The translations under genes and the position numbers were made by a program. From Selaginella moellendorffii (taxonomy: Eukaryota > Plantae > Lycopodiophyta): a stretch of DNA of 10,311 bases. The DNA lies in the NCBI RefSeq assembly GCF_000143415.4, contig NW_003314615.1, positions 1 through 10,311 of the forward strand, in the 5' to 3' direction. Positions within the stretch are counted from its first letter, which is position 1. Every line of letters starts with the position of its first letter. This document shows positions 7,479 to 10,311 of this stretch, in pieces. The notes under the pieces were generated by a model that was not told where the DNA came from, did not search any database, and worked only from the letters and a program-made list of their open reading frames with translations.

Positions 7479-10311
7479 ATGGTAAGTCTTTTAGGCCAAG
7501 TAGAAAATGGCATGAGGCCACATGCCATTCAGTAGCAACATTGGTATGCACCGATTGGGCTCTCAAGTGCAGTCCGGTTACAGATGGCGTGTAGCTTCAC
7601 GCCATCTTATGATGCAGCCTCAAGACATCTGATGCAGTGGTGAATGGCGTGTGGCCTCACGTTATTTCCAGCTGCTAGCTTTTCATCTGTCAGCTCTAAT
7701 TGTTGTGCATTTCTGAACAGGCGAGGAATTACGTTCTTCTTCCAGCCACTGTCAATGTGGATGCAGAGAAGGGGGAGGAGCTCACCAGTTGGACTTTCGG
7801 GATGGAAGGCGAGGATCTGAGGCTGTACAACACAGATGGTGGGAGAAAAGAATGCATGGGGATCCTCATCCAAGTGACAGACACTCCATGCAGTTCCATG
7901 CAAGAATATGGACTGGCACTTGTGGTAGAGACAGCGTTCGCCTTCAAGATCCACCTTGCACATCCTAGCGGCTTCCTAGAGGGGGGCAGCGGCTATGAGG
8001 AATTCCTAGAGGGAGCTAGGGAGAGGTTGTCCAGGAGGCTCACAATTTCAAAGACACTGCGGGTCTATGAAGATCACATGGAATCCATGGACCTCACCTA
8101 CGGCGATGTTCAAAAACTATATTCCAACATTGAGCCGTTGAGAGTGCCTCCAGTTCACGAAGCGAAGGGGAAGGGGGTCGATCTGGAAACTACCCCGAAG
8201 CAGAAAAGGGTGGTCAAAGTGAAGCCGACGTCCAACTCTCTTGCTCCAAAAAAGAAGCTACTCGGTGATGCCATTGCCTCGGGTTCAAACACTACACCCA
8301 CTAAAAAGAAGAGCCGCAAAGAGCAGAAAGAGCAAGAAGAGGCAGCAAAAATCGTCGCAGATAATAGTACTTGTTACTATTCCAACAAAGTATATACAAT
8401 CGACGTGAGCCGTATCGACATCCAAAGCAAATACAACCATAGGCTAGTATCTGATGAGTGGGTGGAGAAACTGAAGCAGAAGATGCTGGCAAGTCCAGTA
8501 ACACCCGACATCGCAGACGTGATCCCCTACTACCGAACAATGAAGGGCGAGACGAGGTTTCCAGACTTGATCAATAGGAAGGTGTTGGACGATCAGAACA
8601 TCCGGTTCTATGCCGTCTCCGGGCAGCATTCTAGCTTGGCGATGCAAGGGATAGTTCTGGATATTATGGTGGGCGAGGAGGTGAAGAAAGTCTTCAAGAC
8701 AAGAATTGTCTGCCTGATAAAAGGCAACTCGCCCCTCCGATCTATCATATCCATCTCCCACGCGCAGAATGTCAAGCAAGAAACGTGCTACAAATTGGGT
8801 CTGCACGAGACATTGGCACGAACACGGAAGCTCTGGGTTCAACTGAATAAGCCACAAAAACCAGGACAAGGACGTGCACTAGCAACTAGCGCCTGGCAGG
8901 TAAGCCTCGTTGCATGTGGCATAGCATGTGGCCTCACGCCATTTCCATTGCAGGAATTCTCGAGTCTTCTCTCGAAAACACTGGGGGTCAATGACACACT
9001 CAGCATCCATAACATTCTACTTGCGACAAAAGTTGTTTTTGACAAATGGGTAGATGTGCTGAGGAGGTACCATGACGGGGAGTTGCTAAACTCAATGGGT
9101 GTGGAGGACGGTCGGAAGCCCAATGATTTGAAGCTCAACGCCTTGCGTTTCTCACGGTCTCTAGACGACGACGACCTTCTGACAGTGGCTAATGCTCTTC
9201 TACGTGGTGAAGTAGTCTTCAACAAGACCAAAATGACTCCCGGCCATATTGTGACATACGAGGACTTGTGCANNNNNNNNNNNNNNNNNNNNNNNNNNNN
9301 NNNNNNNNNNNNNNNNNNNNNNNNNNNNNNNNNNNNNNNNNNNNNNNNNNNNNNNNNNNNNNNNNNNNNNNNAGGGTGAGCATCGACACCACGCAAGAGA
9401 TGATGGAAGAGCTGAAGTTGTCAAATGAAGACATCGACGACTACGTGAAGGGGGCCCCCAAGTTCATCGATCTGCTGCGGGATGCCACGAAAAGTAAAGC
9501 TGAGAAGTTGGATCAGTATCCAAATTCCATTAAGAGGGATGTCGACCGCCGACTTCAGAAACAGCTCGACCCCGCAGCAGAGGCCTATCGGGAACCTTAC
9601 CGGGTATACGTGAATTCGGATGAGGATCAAAGGTGGAGGAGCATCGTTTCCCGCGGAGATGAGCAGGTCAAGAACATCTTTTGTGTGATGGACTTCACAA
9701 ACGAGGAGATCACTCATGCAGACGAAGTCAGCTCCATCATTGACTTAATGGTGGGACTTGCGGAGGTGGAATCTTCAGTCCACTATATGATCTACGACTC
9801 CGAATCCTATCACAAGTTCTGGAAGGCCTTGAACGAGGTGAAAGCTCGGTTGAAAGGCAAGGAGATGCAGGAGATCCATGGGATAATGGCTAAGAAGAAG
9901 ATACCGACGAATGTCCGCATCTTCACACTCGCCCTTGTTATTGGTCCTGCAGCAGAGTGGGACTGGAGTGACTTCCCAGCTTCGTTCGACAAGGTCGATC
10001 GAATTGATCTGAGGGAGGTCAATTTACCCGTGCCTGAGGAACTGAAGACGGCTATGGAGCTTTCGAATCCAGAGAAAGCTCCAGGTGCAGCATGGGAAAT
10101 GCTCAGCTGGGTCTTCAATGCAATAGCACCTGCTTCCGACTCCAAGGGCAAATGCGTTGTCGAGTACAACTGCGGCGGACTATTCTTTCGAGCCGCACTA
10201 CTCAAGGGTGTCCCGTGTGTTGCGGTGACAAACTCCATTGAAGAGGTGACTTCAATGAAGCATATAATTACAGTTGCCAAAGAAAAACAGTATCTTCTCT
10301 GCGAACCTGGT
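7479..10311 (+). CDS. Spliced gene: basic linker + ParB/Srx-like domain + helical region + degenerate beta-class DNA amino-methyltransferase-like domain; 3' end outside window
   Basis: ATG 7479-7481|GTAAGT splices in phase 0 to AACAG|GCGAGGAATTAC at 7721 (M-ARNYVLL). Exons 7721-8899 and 8954-9272 are open. After the 100-N gap a stop-free frame of 313 codons runs 9373-10311 (RVSIDTTQEMM...YLLCEPG); the ORF track misses it because it has no stop. Continuity across the gap is inferred. Confidence 0.8.
7482..7720 (+). other. Intron (239 nt) directly after the start codon, containing 3 palindromes
   Basis: ATG|GTAAGT donor, CTAAT branch-like motif at 7696-7700 and TTCTGAACAG| acceptor. The splice joins in frame to the long ORF. 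Confidence 0.85.
7507..7665. repeat. 22-bp palindrome copies at 7507-7528, 7584-7605, 7644-7665
   Basis: atggcatgaggccacatgccat; atggcgtgtagcttcacgccat; atggcgtgtggcctcacgttat. Confidence 0.95.
8900..8953 (+). other. 54-nt in-frame, stop-free intron containing 1.5 palindromes
   Basis: CAG|GTAAGC ... TTTCCATTGCAG|GAA; removal gives SAWQ|EFSS. Confidence 0.8.
8910..8942. repeat. Half-site (8910-8920) plus full 22-bp palindrome (8921-8942)
   Basis: ttgcatgtggc + atagcatgtggcctcacgccat. Confidence 0.9.
9273..9372. other. Assembly gap, exactly 100 N (likely placeholder of unknown size)
   Basis: Run of 100 N. Confidence 1.

Larger units (their letters stand above)
171..10311. mobile_element. Interior of a large Sola-like DNA transposon carrying a divergent accessory gene; ends not in window or not recognisable
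   Basis: A transposase pseudogene on the minus strand and a divergent plus-strand gene are linked by the same 22-bp palindrome, found in introns of both genes and between them. No TIR/TSD pair was identified, so the boundaries given are only the extent of the evidence. Confidence 0.65.

Noticed and set aside
6840-7535. Cluster of short ORFs on both strands
   Set aside because: GC-rich repetitive leader/promoter sequence. The in-frame start for the long gene is the ATG at 7479, not these ORFs and not the TTG at 7700, which is intronic.
171-8942. Palindromes as MITEs, TIRs or Rho-independent terminators
   Set aside because: They are only 22 bp, have no consistent target-site duplications or poly-T tails, and are internal rather than terminal. 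No TIR pair delimiting the element was found.
8444-10280. Minus-strand ORFs 8444..8869, 8839..9396, 9421..9717, 9810..10280
   Set aside because: Antisense shadows of the long plus-strand coding frame.

Overview
Eukaryotic, very probably land-plant DNA (spliceosomal introns, TTTAGGG repeats) with three N-gaps. It reads as the interior of a large DNA transposon with two head-to-head genes. The minus-strand gene (4622->~1576) is a decayed Sola-like DDD transposase (QTDN...ENKN...GHTHKDVD). It carries two N-terminal En/Spm TnpA-like (Transposase_23-like) repeats and a C-terminal beta-rich domain, and is broken by two in-frame stops and at least one frameshift. The plus-strand gene (7479->beyond 10311) is spliced and intact in all visible sequence. 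It encodes a ParB/Srx-like domain (FYAVSGQHS) followed by what looks like a catalytically degenerate beta-class amino-DNA-methyltransferase fold. About 19 copies of a 22-bp imperfect palindrome (consensus ATGGCRTGWGGCCWCAYGCCAT) run through the window. They sit in the introns of both genes, in the intergenic spacer, downstream of the transposase and in a transposase linker. The best hypothesis, which is inference only, is a transposon-borne ParB/parS-like self-recognition or anti-silencing system. Element termini are not visible, and all domain calls are by eye.
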